Position numbers and translations under genes: made by a program. The notes below the pieces were generated by a model. That model was not told the origin of the DNA. It worked only from the letters and a program-made list of their open reading frames with translations, and made no database searches. DNA of 64,000 nucleotides from Squalus acanthias (lineage: Eukaryota), in NCBI GenBank assembly GCA_030390025.1, contig CM059427.1, forward strand, positions 28,830,001 to 28,894,000, written 5' to 3'. Positions 51,060 through 64,000 of this stretch are shown here, in pieces. Within the stretch, counting starts at the first letter, position 1; the number at the start of each line of letters is the position of its first letter.

Positions 51060-51811
51060 AGCCCTGAAATCGCGGTCTCCGTGAAGGCGAAGCGTATGCC
51101 GTCGTAAGCCTTGTAAAAAGGCCCCGCAAGTTCCGGGTTTCTGAGCATGCGCGAAAACACCGAACTTGCGAACTGGCCTGCGACCCAATCGCTGGCGCAG
51201 AGTTGGGCGATTTGCCCAACTACTGCTCAGCAAATGCCCACGAAACCCTTATGTCTGGTAAAAGCAGGCGTAGGTCCTGCTTTTGCCAGCGTAGGGCCTG
51301 CTTTTGCCAGCATAAGGCTTAATATAAATGTTAAATTAAAATTAAAAAAATTAAGAAAAACACAAACACTTAAAATTAGTTTATGTAAATTTTGGCCCGG
51401 ATTAAAATGCTTAAAATTATTTTTCAAAAAATTAAATTTTTTATTTTAAATGCTTGATTAAAGGGACTTTTAATTAATTTTGAAAATGGGGACATTTATT
51501 TTTATTCCACTTGTGTAAATTATTTATTGATTTGGGGATTCCTCATATGCTTATGGGGATTCCCTTCGTAAATGGAATCCCCATAAGCATAATAGGAATC
51601 CTGCTTTCTGATTGGAGTACCTGTCCTATGTGATCCCAGGGATGCTTCCAAACCGCTTGCGTCCCTGGGATCCATGGGCCTTTACGCAGGCATACGCCTG
51701 CAGGCCCAGGACCCGAAGCCTGGGAACCAGCAGGTATGTTCGTATTTTTATTTTTTTTTTCGGGTCAGAGGTGTGCTCCGCAGGTATGCCTCCAACCGCA
51801 AATTTCGGCCC
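51060..51811. mobile_element. Harbinger-like MITE related to 3025-3785
   Basis: TIRs gccctgaaatcgcgg / ccgcaaatttcggccc; same order of hairpins and gtgatcccaggg..ccctggga as 3025-3785. Confidence 0.7.
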
Positions 51812-52512
51812 ATTGACAGTATCAGTAACAAGGCACCTATGCACATGAAACACTAGTTTTTCCAGCAGCCATTTATAAGGCGGCATATATTTTGAGTACA
51901 ACTTTGCAGGACCCTACCTGGACATATCAGAGGGGAAAAGGAAGCTGAAATGCAAAGAAGTTGTGGAAACAAAGATGAGGGACGAGGGAAACAGTGAAAA
52001 AATGGATAGGCTGGAAATACTAGCAGAGAACACCAACCTGGTAGCTGCTCAACAGCCAGGCAGCACAAGGATAAAAAAAAATACAGTGAACACTAGGTGA
52101 CTTACCTTCTGATGATGTACTGGAGAGAACACCAAGAAAATGCTACATACTATCTCCATGTCAGGTGAGAAAGCTACACAGCATCAAATCTTGCAAAACT
52201 CATAAATCATGCAAGATATAAGAAATAACACAAAATGGCAAAATAATTGCTAAATCAAGCCATTTATCAGGGGAAAATTATTTAAATGAAGAATGAGAAT
52301 CTTTGAGCCATGAAGGTTTGAAGATTCTTAAAGGGTACAATAAATAATTTCATCAGGTCACATTATATATACAAATACACTTTGCCTAGCCAACCAAACA
52401 CATCTAGTAATCTTAGTTCCTTTTCATAGTGAAAACCTAGTGTCTTGCCAAGTAACTCAAACAGAAGTCGCATAATTTTGAAATTCTTAACAATCTCTAG
52501 ATGTTCTCATTA

Positions 52513-52629
<117 letters not shown>

Positions 52630-52774
52630 TTAACATTGGAATATCAGCCAAACATTCTAGGAACAAATTAACTATTTTTTGCACAGGTGGACATCATAAA
52701 AGATGTGGACAAAATCAAAGTCTTCAGATGAGTGAAACTGGATACTGTACACTGAACTATATATTCCTGATTTT

Positions 52775-53290
52775 TTAGTTGAAGATAGCGTAAGATGAGT
52801 TAATATATCCAAATATGATTAAACAAGTCACTATTCGATTTTCAAAAATTTTAAAACTGAGCAGTTGGGTAGGTTTTTTGTTGTTGAGTAGAATGGTAGT
52901 GACTGCTGTTTTGAAGAAGGAAGGTGCAATACCAGAGGATAGTAATAAGGTTGATGATGTCAACAAGCAGAGGGCTTAGGAGAGGGAGTCAAGGGAGGAG
53001 GTGGGCTTCATTAATTAGAAGAGGGAAGAGGAGATGATTCGTGGGAATAGCTGTGGAAGAAAGGTGGAATGAAGGGACAATTTGGAAGGAGCAGCTAGGA
53101 ATAGCAGCCAGGAGCAAAAGCAGAGGCACAACTGGGGAGTGTCTCAGTTTTGGAAACAAAGTCATTTATACACTTCTTGCATTTAAACTGTGAGGCGCGA
53201 ACACGGGAGCAGTGAGGAGAGATGGAGGAGATCGGAATTTCTTCCACTCAACAAGATCATTTTGGAGCAGTGGGCACATTTAGCCAGGGA
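52775..53290 (-). mobile_element. Old L2 fragment
   Basis: LSSGIAPSFFKTAVTTILL. Confidence 0.55.
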
Positions 53291-53459
53291 GAAGGAACAA
53301 TAGTAAATATTTAGCTATATCTGACAATGAACTTCCAGGCCAGACACGCACCAGGTACATTCGAGATTACAGCTCCTGATTTCAGGACACGGACTTGGCT
53401 GTTGTAAAAGGGAGACACGAGGGTGATTAGCTCTGTGGTCTGCACAGAGTGATCCTAAC

Positions 53460-56400
53460 CGGGTGCTTCTAAACAGAGTACTAAGGTTGGGAATTTGGAG
53501 AGAGTGGGCATTCAAAGCAGAGGGGGAAGGAGGAGAGAGTGAAAGGAGCGGCCGGAGATAAAGATAGGCCCGAGAGCCTGGAGGGAGCACGAGCATCAGG
53601 GAGCAAGGTAAATGACGTCAGCACAAGGGAAGGAGTGGAAAAGAAAGAAAAAAATTGGTGAGTAGCTGGTGAAGGATGTCACTGAGCGGCTGCAGGACAT
53701 TCGGAGGGCGGAGGGTAAACAGCCAGAGGTCATGACATAGGTAGAAAGCGGGATGAGGTCCTGCAGGTAATTTTAGGGAGCTAGGAAAGAGATTAAAAAG
53801 CAGGACCTCAAAGGTAGTAATCACGAGCAAGTGAGTATAGAAATAGGAGGAAAGAGCAGATGAATGTGTGGTTAGAGAGATGGTGCAGGAGGGAGGGCTT
53901 TAGATTCCTGGGACATTGGGACTGGTTCTGGGGGAGGTGGGACCTGTACAGGCTGGACAAGTTGCACCTCAACAGAGCCAGGACCAATATCCTCGCCAGG
54001 GGGAGAAGAGCGGTTGCTAGTGATGTTGGGGAGGGTTTAAACTAATTTAGCAGGGGGCTGGGCACCTGGATGTAGCATTAGAAAGGAGAAACATGGTGCA
54101 CAAAGGATTGGGGAGATAGCACTAGAGTAAGAAATAGTACTGTATTAGGTGGGGTCAGACTAAGAATACAAGGAAGTTTAAGATAGGTTTACAGTGCATG
54201 CGTGTAAACACATGAAGCGTGGTAAATAAGGTTGGTGAGCTGCAGGCGCAAACAGCCAATAGCCACATGGAAATATGATGTTGTGGCGATAACAGAGACC
54301 TGGTTCAAAAAAGGGCAGGATTGGGTTTTAAATATTCCTGGTTAGAAGGTGTTCAGTAAAAATAGGGAATGAAAAAAAGGAGGTGGGGTGGCAGTATTGA
54401 TTAAGGAGAATATTAGTGTTGGAGAGAGAGGATGTTCTGGAGGGGTCAAGGACAGAATCTATTTGGTTAGAGTTAAGAAACAATAGAGGTGCCATTACAC
54501 TACTAGGTGTATTCTATAAGCCACCAACTAGTGGGAAGGATATAGAGGAGCAAATTTGCAGGGAAATTACAGAGAGGTGCAAGAACTATAGAGTAGTTAT
54601 AATGGGGGACTTCAATTATCCTAATATAGACTGGGATAGTAATAGTGTAAAGAGCAGAGAAGGGGAAGAATTTCTGAAGTGTGTTCAGGAGAACTTTCTT
54701 GATCAGTACGTTTCCGGCCCAACAAGGAAGGATGCATTGCTGGATCTGGTTCTGGGGAATGAGGTCGGTCAAGTGGAGCAAGTATCAGTAGAGGAACATT
54801 TAGGGAACAGTGATCATAGTATCATAAGGTTGTATTAGCAATGGAAAAGGACATGGGGCAATCTAGAGTAAAAAATACTTCATTTGAGGAGGGCCAATTT
54901 CAGTGGGTTGAGAACGGATCTGGCCCGGTTAAATTGGAATCAAAGATTGGCAGGCAAAACTGTAATCGAACAAGGGGCTACCTTTAAAGAGGAGATGGTT
55001 TGGATACAGTCGAGGTACATTCCCATGAGGGGGAAAGCTAGGGAAACCAAAGCCAGAGCTCCCTGGATGATGAAAGAGATAGAGAGTAAGATGAAGCAGA
55101 AAAAGGGGGCATACGAGAGATGTCAGGTTGAGAATACAAGAACCAGGCTGAATATAGAAAGTTCAGAGGGGAAGTGAAAAAGGAATTAAGAGGGAGTATG
55201 AGAATAGACTGGCAGCTAACACAGGAGGGAATCCAAAAGTCTTCTATAGGCGTATAAATAATAAACGGGTAGTAAGAGGAGGGGTGGGGCCGATTAGGGA
55301 CCAAAAAGGAGACCAACGCATGGAGGCAGAGGGCATGGCTGAGGTACTATATGAAACTTTGCATCTGTCTTCACCAAGGGAGAAAGATGCTGCCAAAGTC
55401 AAAGTGAGAGGAGGTAGTTGAGATACTGGATGGGATAAAAATTGATAAAGGAGGTACTAGAAAGACTGGCTGTACTTAAATTGGATAATTCACCTGGACT
55501 GGATGGGATGCATCCTAGGATGCTGAGGGAGGTAAGGGTGGAAATTGCAGAGGTACTGACCATAATCTTCCAATCCTCCTTAGATACAGGGGTGGTGCCA
55601 GAGGACTGGAGAATTGCAAATGTTACACCCTTGTTCAAAAAAAGGTGCAAGGATAAACCCAGCAACTACAGAGCAGTCAGTTTAAGCTCGGTAGTGGGTA
55701 AGTTTTTAGAAATAATAATCTGGGACAAAATTAACAGTCACTTGAACAAGTGTGGATTAATTAAGCCAGCACGAATTTGTCAAAGGCAAATCGTGTTTAA
55801 CGAACGTGATTGAGTTTTTTGATGAAGTAAGAGAGGGTTGATGAGGGCAATGCGGTTGATGTGGCGCACATGGACTTCCAAAAGGCGTTTGATAAAGTGC
55901 CACATAATAGGCTTGCCAGCAAAGTTGAAGACCATGGAATAAAGGACAGTGACAGCATGGATACGAAATTGGCTAACTGACAGGAAACTGAGTAGTAGTG
56001 AACGGTTGTTTTTCGGACTGGAGGAAGGTATACAGTGGTGTTCTCCAGGGGTCGGTACTAGGACCACTGCTTTTCTTGATACATATTAGTGACTTGGACT
56101 TGGGTGTACAGGGCACAATTTCAAAATGTGCAGATGACACAAAACTTGGAAGTATAGTGAACAGTGAGGAGAATAGTGATAGACTTCAAGAGGACAGAGA
56201 CAGGCTGGTGGAATGGGCAGACATGTGGCTGATGAAATTTAATGCAGAGAAATGCGAAGTGATATATTTTGGTAGGAAGAACGAGGAGAGGTAATATAAA
56301 CTGAAGGGTAAAATTCTAAAGGGGGTGCAGAAACAGAGAGACCTGGGGGTATATGTGCACAAATCGTTGAAGGTGGCAGGGCAGGTTGAGAAAGCGGTTA

Positions 56401-57032
56401 AAAAAGCTTACGGGATCATAATTACAGGTGGAGAATACAAAAGCAAGATAGTTATGAACAACCTTTATAAAACAGTGGTTCGGCCTCAACTGGAGTATTG
56501 TGTCCAATTCTGGGCACCGCACTTTAGGAAGGATGTGAAAGCCTTTGAGAGGGTGCAGAAAAGATTTACAAGAATGGTTCCAGGGATGAGGGACTTCAGT
56601 TACGTGGACAGACTGGAGAAGCTGGGGTTGTTCTCTTTAGAGCAGAGAAGGTTGGGAGGAGATTTAATAGAGGTGTTCAAAATCATGAGGGGTCTAGACA
56701 GAGTAGATAGAGAGAAACTGTTCCCATTGGCGGAAGGGTCGAGAAACAGAGGACACAGATTTAAGGTGATTGGCAGAAGAACCAAATGAGACATGAGGAA
56801 AAACGTACGCAGTAAGTGGTTATGATCTGAAATGCACTGCCTGAAAGGGTGGTGGAGGCAGATTCCATTGTGGCTTTCAAAAGGGAATTGGATAAGTACC
56901 TGAAGGAAAAAATTTGGAGGGCTACAGGGAAAGGGCGGGGGAGTGGGACTAGCTGATGTGCTTTTGCAGAGAGCTGGCACGGGCTCGACGGGCCGAATGG
57001 CCCCCTTCTGTGCTGTAACCATTCTATGATTC
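53460..57032 (+). mobile_element. CR1 LINE, 5'UTR to tail, ORF1 largely deleted, ORF2 frameshifted
   Basis: NVWLERWCRREGFRFLGHW; GVFYKPP..MGDFN..SDHSII; DFQKAFDKVPH; ccattctatgattc tail. Confidence 0.9.
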
Positions 57033-57904
57033 AAACTATCTGGAATTGAGGCAGTTCTGGAGGAATCAATGGAAGCTTTGATATTTTTGCAAGGAGAGGG
57101 TCTAAAGGGAGAAGAATGAAAGTGGTGGGGTTTAGGTTGTCAGGGTAATGTGTATACAGAGGGAAATGAGAAAGTGATTCAAGAGCTCTATCCAAAATGG
57201 AGATCTCAAGGCCCCATGTGATAATGAGGTCACGGCATGGCCATGCGCATAGCAAAGAGAGTAAGTGCAGAGGGCGAGTTCTGTCGAATTGTAAAGTCAG
57301 ACCAGCATTCTGAATGGAGATGAACTAATGTAATGCAATGGATTTTCATTTGTTGCTTGGAAAATATATACAATAAAACCAGGCTTCAAAGAATTGTTCT
57401 ATCCAAAGAAGCACATATAACTTGATCTTGTATTATGGGATTGACTTCATATGATCTGATGGGCAGTCTACTGTTGAAGAGGTTTGCTACATTTATACCA
57501 GAAGATTTAAACTCAAGAAAGGATCATCATTCACCACAATTCCCTTGCAAAATAGTAAGAGGATGTTTTGGAAATTTAGAAAGAATTCCAAATTTTATTA
57601 CAAGTACGCAGTTACGACATTATCATAAAATACAAATTAGTGCAAACTTACAAGATTTTGCTCCAACATTTAGAAAACGTACTTAGAAGCAGCCCAGCCC
57701 TTGAGATGAGCTATTATAAATGAAGATCCAACCAAGCGGGTCAATCATTTCTCAATTATATGAGTTAGTCATTTGACTAAGGCAAGAATATTGTGAAATT
57801 TTAAGAAAATTTGTACTTTATTGATTCCAGGGGTTGGGGTGGGGAAGAGCCTAAAGATCAGTAAACCATCAAATCAAGTCAGTGTAAAGTCAGTAACTTC
57901 CTTA

Positions 57905-59493
57905 AAGTCAAACTAATGGGACTAAAGGTGGACAAGTCCCCTGGACCCGATGGCCTGCTTCCTATAGTCTTAAAAAAGGTGGCTGCAGAGATAGTGGATG
58001 CATTGGTTATAATCTACCAAAATTCCCTGGATTCTGGAGAGGTCCCAGCGGCCTGGAAAACCGCAAATGTAACGCCCCTATTTAAGAAAGGAGGGAGACA
58101 GAAAGCAGGCAACTATCGACCAGTTATCCTAACATCTGTCATTGGGAAAATGCTGGAGTCAATCATTAAGGAAGTGGTAGCAGGACATTTAGAAAATCAT
58201 AATATAGTCAAGCAGAGTCAGCATGGTTTTATGAAAGGGAAATCATGTTTGACAAATTTGCTGGAATTCTCTGAGGATGTAACGAGCAGGGTGGATAAAG
58301 GGGAACCAGTAGATGTTGTGTATTTGGATTTCCAGAAGGCATTCAATAAGGTGCCACATAAAAGGTTGCTACACAAGATAAGAGCTCCCGGGGTTGGGGG
58401 TAATATATTAGCATGGATAGAGGATTGGCTAACTAACAGAAGAGTGTCGAGATAAATGGGTCATTTTCAGGTTGGCAAACTGTAACTAGTGGGGTGCCGC
58501 AGGGATCAGTGCTGGAGCCTCAACTATTTACAATCTATATTAATGACTTGGATGAAGGGACTGAGTGTAATGTAGCCAAATTTGCTGATGATACAAAGGT
58601 AGGTGGGAAAACAAATTGTGTGGAGGACGCAAAGAATCTCCAAAGGGATATAGATAAGCTAAGTGAGTGGGTAAAAATCTGGCAGATGGAGTTTAATGTG
58701 GGAAAATGCGATGTTATCCACTTTGGTAGGAAAAATAAAAAAGCAAATTATTTTTTAAATGGGGAGAGATTACAAAATGCTGAGGTACAGAGGGATCTGG
58801 GGGTCCTTATACATGAATCACAAAAAGTTAGCATGCAGTAATTAGGAAGGCAAATGGAATGTTGGCCTTTATTGCAAAGGGAATGCAGTATAAAAGTAGG
58901 GAGGTCCTGTTACAACTGTACAGGGCATTGGTGAGACCACACCTAGAGTACTGCGTACAGTTTTGGTCTCCTTATTTAAGGAAGGATATACGTGCATTGG
59001 AGGCAGTTCAGAAAAGGTTCACGAGGTTGATTCCGGAGATGAAGGGGTTGACTTATGAAGAAAGGTTGAGCCTATATTCACTGGAGTTTAGAAGAATGAG
59101 AGGAGATCTTATTGAAACATAAGATTCTGAAGGGGCTTGACAGGGTAGATGCAGAGAGGATGTTTCCCCTTGTGGGGAAATCTAGAACTAGGGAACATAA
59201 TTTCAGACTAAGGGGGCACCCTATTAAATCGGAAATGAGGAGGAATTTCCTCTCGGAGGGTCGTGAATCTTTGGAATTCTCTTCCCCAGAGAGCTGTGGA
59301 GGCTGGGTCATTGAATATATTTAAGGTGGAGATAGACAGATTTTTGAAAGGTAAGGGAATGAAGGGTTATGGGGAGCAGGCAGGGAAGTGGAGTTGAGGC
59401 CAAGATCAGATCAGCCATGATCTTATTGAATGGTGGAGCAGGCTCGAGGGGCCAAATGACCTACTCCTGCTCCTACGTCTTATGTTATTATGT
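57905..59493 (+). mobile_element. CR1 LINE, 5'-truncated RT with tail
   Basis: KSPGPDG..NYRPV..YLDFQKAF..KFADDTK. Confidence 0.92.
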
Positions 59494-60059
59494 ATCTTTA
59501 TTCAGTTTTAATTGCCAAGAATTCAACTTTTTGTGCATTTAGGCCTTTTGAATATTTTCTTTCAATATTGTTGGTTAGCGTTTAAAGGTGCATTAACAGA
59601 AAGCCAGTTCCCATAATATGCATTTTCCATAGTAAAGCTGTTAAGTTATAACTATAGTGAAAATGTGCAAAACATTTCTACTTCCAGTAATCGGACAAGT
59701 CCCGGTTTCTGAAAATGACTGATGCTTCGATAGTTTCCAGTAAGATTTTCAAAGGCAATTTGGAACATAATGAAAAGTTAATTATAAAGTTTGGGAAGCA
59801 TTGGAGGTACTAAGTGAAGTGATAACTTACATACAGTAATCTGGGAGTACAAAAAGTTCTCAACATAACCATTTTAAACAGGCAAACATTATTTTTTTTT
59901 TATATAAACGGTGATGATATATTAATATTCATGAACACTTCAATTTTTAAATGTGGCCTTTTAAGGTGACAAATTGATGTTTAAGGATAGCGATGTTTAA
60001 AAAAGCGAACCTGGTGTCTGATCAGAAGAAAGCAAACTATTACGTTTGGTAAAAGAAAA

Positions 60060-60190
60060 ACAAACTACAAATACTGGAAATCCAGAATAAAAACAGAAAC
60101 TGCAGAAATTAAACAGCAACCCCGTTAGTATCTGCAAAAACAAAAGATGGGTTAATGTTTCAGGTGGGTACCCTTATTCAGAACTGGAAA
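60060..60190 (-). mobile_element. Old PLE family-A fragment with mutated hammerhead
   Basis: Minus strand reads ccagtt-CTGAATA-agggtacccacct-GAAACATTAAC, colinear with 49062-49190. Confidence 0.65.
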
Positions 60191-61549
60191 TCGGAAGGTA
60201 AGAGTCAATTAAGGGAACCAAACAAAATAAAAGCCTCGGTGTGTGTGTGGTGGTGGGGAGAGAACAGGTGGAAGGTGGGGTTATGTTTTGGGGTTTTTAG
60301 TTGCAATATTTCTCTCAGGTTTAATGTCTCAGAGCATTCTTGTAAGAGAGCCCTCACACCCTATAAACAGAAGTGTACCTTTACATGCCCAATATCTAGG
60401 TATTTTGTAGGGAGCGCGGGGGTTGAACTAAAAAAATCCTTGTTACTGTATTTTGGCTTACTGGTTAGACCACTTGCCTTCATGTAATCTTGCTGGAACT
60501 CAGAAGGTGGAAGAATAAACCCTTCACTAGACGGTGGTTTGGGCTATAAACTGCCAAACAGATTTATTAAACAGTAAATGGATGTGAACAGTAATGTGAC
60601 ACATTAAGTTTACAGTAGTTACAGTCTTAACTATCCTTAATTGGAAGGATGAAACTAGCATACATATATGCTACACTAAACTGCAATGCGAACTGGACCA
60701 GACACAAGGTCCCTGAATATTAATCTTACATGACAAGTTTGCTGTTGACCATCCACAGAGACTCACTGGCGTATATACTTCCTGTCAGATGTCACAGATG
60801 GACTGCTCAATTGGATTAAAAACAGACTGAGAATTACTTTTTAAAATTTGACCATGTCACAGACAAAATGTCTATTCTGGGATTATGGATATTACAGTAA
60901 GTTGGGCCATTAACAGTGGATGGACCTGAATTTTAAACCCAATATGTACCATGACAGAAAGCAGCCAATACCATGACACATAATACTAGTAATTTGAGAC
61001 ATGATATACAGCAAGTGTAGCATGTTTGGGAAGAACAGGTGTTGGACCTATAGTTCCCAAAGCTTTCCACCATTGGGGGTTTTCCTCACTGCATGTCTGG
61101 GTCTGTTGTAGACTAATTGATAGAGATGGTTTTCCACGATTCCTCAACAGTTCCATTATTGTTGGATCATGCAACTACCAGAATGGTAGAAGACAAACTA
61201 GGTGGGACCTTGATCTTTTTTCATCTAGCATTTTCTATGTTCCTATAGATAAAATGCTTAATTTTTGTCACGGGGAGGACGAGAGATAATGGGTTAAATG
61301 ACCAAGGAGGATTTTTTTTAAAAAAGACAAGATGAAAACTGTTGCTGATATGCAAAGAGTATCTCAGTGAGACAATGGAAAAGCATTAAAACAAAAGGCA
61401 TGCAAATAGCTAATTAAGAAAAAAGTAGCAAATGCTAGAAATCTGAAATAATTAACTTAATTCCAGCATTTTATGTTTTTATTTCCAAAATCCAGCTTCA
61501 TCAATTTTTTTTTATTTGTACTGTTTGATTTACTGCAGCTTCTTTTCCA

Positions 61550-62478
61550 GGAATCATATCATAGAATCGTATAAATTTACAGCATAGAAGGAGGTCATTC
61601 AGCCCATCATCTGTGCTGGCTACTTGTAGGTTACGGCACTTCAAGTGCACATCCAAGCACTTTTTAAATGCACTGCCTCTACCACCCTTTCAGGCAGAGA
61701 GTTCCAGACCCCCACTACCCTCTGGATGAAAAAAGTTCTCCTCAACTCCCCTCTAATCCTTCTACCAATTACTTTAAATCTATGCCCCCTGGTTATTGAC
61801 CTCTCTGCTAAGAGAAATAGATCCTTCCTAGCCACTCTGTCTAGGCCCCCCAATTTTATACATCTCAATTAAGTCTCCCCTCAGCCTCCTCTGTTCCAAA
61901 GAAAACAACCCCAGCCTATCCAATCTTTCCTCAGTTAAAATTCCACGGTCCTGGCAACATCCTCGTAAATCTCCTCTGTACCCTCTCTAATCTTCTCTAT
62001 ACCCTCTCCAGTGCAATCACTTCTTTCCTGTAATGTGGTGACCAGAACTGTACACAATACTCTAGCTGTGGCCTAACTAATGTTTTATACAGTTCAAGCA
62101 TAACCACCCTGCTCTTATTGCTCTTATATTCTATGCCTTGGCTAATAAAGGAAAGTATTCCGTATGCCTTCTTAACCACCTTATCTACCAGTCCTGCTAA
62201 CTTCAGGGATCTGTGGACATGCACTCCAAGGTCCCTCTGTTTCTCTACTCTTCTCAGTATCCTACCATTTATTGTGTATTCCCTTGCCTTGTTAGCCCTC
62301 CCCAAATGCATTACCTCACACTTCTCCAGATTGAATGCCATTTGCCACTTTTCTGCCCACCTGACCAGTCCACTGCTATCTTCCTGCAGTCTACAGCTTT
62401 CTTCCTCACTATCAACCACACGAGCAATTTTTGTATCATCTGCAAACTTCTTAATCATGCCCACTACATTGAAGTCTT
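61550..62478 (-). mobile_element. CR1 3' fragment
   Basis: [37 protein letters not shown]. Confidence 0.9.
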
Positions 62479-62814
62479 AAAGTCCTAAAGTTCTATTGCG
62501 CTCCAGCATAAATCCAATTTGTCTCGCTCATCTTGATCACCATCCTTGCTGCCCTTTACCGTTTTTGTTTGCAACTATTTATCAAAACCCATTTTCACAA
62601 CTGCATCCCTTTCCTCAGCACCTGCCTCCAGCTTTGACTTATCCCATGTGGATTTCAGCTGAAGTTTCATGCTTCCTCTTTCGGATCCATTTGTGATCAC
62701 CAGTGTAGCCTGGATATTTAATTTACCTTTCAGCGTTTCACACAATCCACTCTCTCTCTCTCTTTCCATGCGTCACACATACATGCTTACTCTAGCCCCC
62801 TCTCTTCAGCAGCA

Positions 62815-63080
62815 CCGTCAGCTGTGGCTCAGTTTGTAGCATTCTCATCTCTATGTCAGACGTTAAACCGAGGCCTGTGTGTCCTTCCGTGGCACTATTT
62901 CCAAGAAAAGCAGGGGAGTTCTCCCCAGTGTCCTGGCCAATATTTATCCCTCAACCAACATCAATCACTAAAACAGATTATCTGGTCATTATCACATTGC
63001 TGTTTGTGGGAGCTTGCTGTGCGCAAATTGGCTGCCCACGTATCACACATTACAACAGTGATGACAAAAGTACTTTGGGG
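62815..63080 (+). mobile_element. Deu-domain SINE, internally deleted
   Basis: gtcagctgtggctcagtttgtagca head; ttgctgtgcgcaaattggctgcc. Confidence 0.78.
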
Positions 63081-63084
63081 CTCA

Positions 63085-63600
63085 GATACACAGATCTTTA
63101 AAAGTGAGAGGACAAGTTGATAAAGGTGTAAAAAGAACATATGGAATCCTAGGTTTTATAAATAACAAAACAAAGAGGTAATGTTAAACCTATATAATTC
63201 CATGTCCAATCTTGAGCCTTTACTTTAGAAAAAGTGTCAAGGCCTTGGAGAAGATGCAGAAGAGACTCACCAAAATGACACCAGGAATAAGAAATTTTAG
63301 TTGTATGGGGTATAGAAAAATTGGGGCTCTTTTCATTTGAACAAAGATGAAGAGGAGGAGAGCTGACTAGGTGTTCAAATTTATGATGCAGTTTAGAAAA
63401 GGTCAGTAAGTTAACTAGAGAGCATAAATTTAAGACCAACTAAAGAATGGAGAGGTTAGGAGAAATTTATTTTGAGTAGAATTGCCCTAGCAGAACCAGA
63501 AACAGTGGTGGTAGTAAAGTAACTTTCAAAAAGCAAATCGATAAATATGTGAAGATTTTTTTTTTAAAAAAGGGCAGAAGAATGTAAAATTCTATGATTC
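63085..63600 (+). mobile_element. Old CR1 3' fragment
   Basis: atgttaaacctatata..aaggccttggagaagatgcagaagagactcacc; ttctatgattc tail. Confidence 0.65.
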
Positions 63601-63604
63601 TTTC

Positions 63605-64000
63605 GCCCTCTGATCTCTTCTCTCAAACTTTTCATCTGAGAACTGCCACTGCAATAACAAGCAGTCTGTGTTTGTCCACTCTCCTTACTCACTCTGATCT
63701 ATCTCCTTCTGAACCTGTAGCTCTCCATTCTCTCAATTTCAACTCTAACACTATCAAATTTGCTGACAAGGAGGTGTTGTTGTCATATGACAGAATGCCC
63801 TCTATAGAGTTGAGATCCAATACCAACTATCTGACGCTTCCTCTTATTCCCTTGGAACATGACCCCACCAAACCATAATCTCCCAGGCTGTCATCTTAAC
63901 TATTCAGGAGATCTTTCCCCTAACCACCTTCAATCTTGTAGTTTCCCAACCCTTAACAGCCGGTTTCTACCTCCTCTCCAAGATACACAAATAAGACTGT
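63605..64000 (+). mobile_element. Decayed Penelope-like element reverse transcriptase, running off the window end
   Basis: DLSPSEPVALHSL..IKFADK (PLE IKPADKG), LEHDPT, and gccggtttctacctcctctccaagatacacaaa = AGFYLLSKIHK (PLE FY-LPKIHK motif). Confidence 0.8.

Overview
Eukaryotic, repeat-rich genomic DNA. The repeat content (CR1 LINEs with ATTCTATG-type tails, Deu-domain SINEs, L2) points to a cartilaginous fish such as a shark; this is an inference. The whole window lies inside one minus-strand gene, a Tousled-like kinase, most likely TLK1. Five kinase-domain exons with GT-AG boundaries (52606-52525, 12593-12502, 12410-12321, 9600-9431, 8245-8107) splice into one open frame. They are separated by introns of about 39.9 kb, 91 nt, 2.7 kb and 1.2 kb; the flanking exons lie outside the window. 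The introns are filled with nested CR1, a second CR1-group LINE, L2, SINEs, hAT and Harbinger-like MITEs, and Penelope-like element (PLE) fragments. The most notable observations are: (1) short TSD-flanked PLE-type inserts carrying minimal hammerhead ribozyme cores, including a perfect 96-bp-arm palindrome; (2) three DNA transposons stacked in one CR1; (3) an unexplained unit of up to about 1 kb repeated in both orientations at 34-43 kb. Repeat boundaries are approximate unless TSDs are quoted. Family names come from recalled consensus resemblance, not from database searches.
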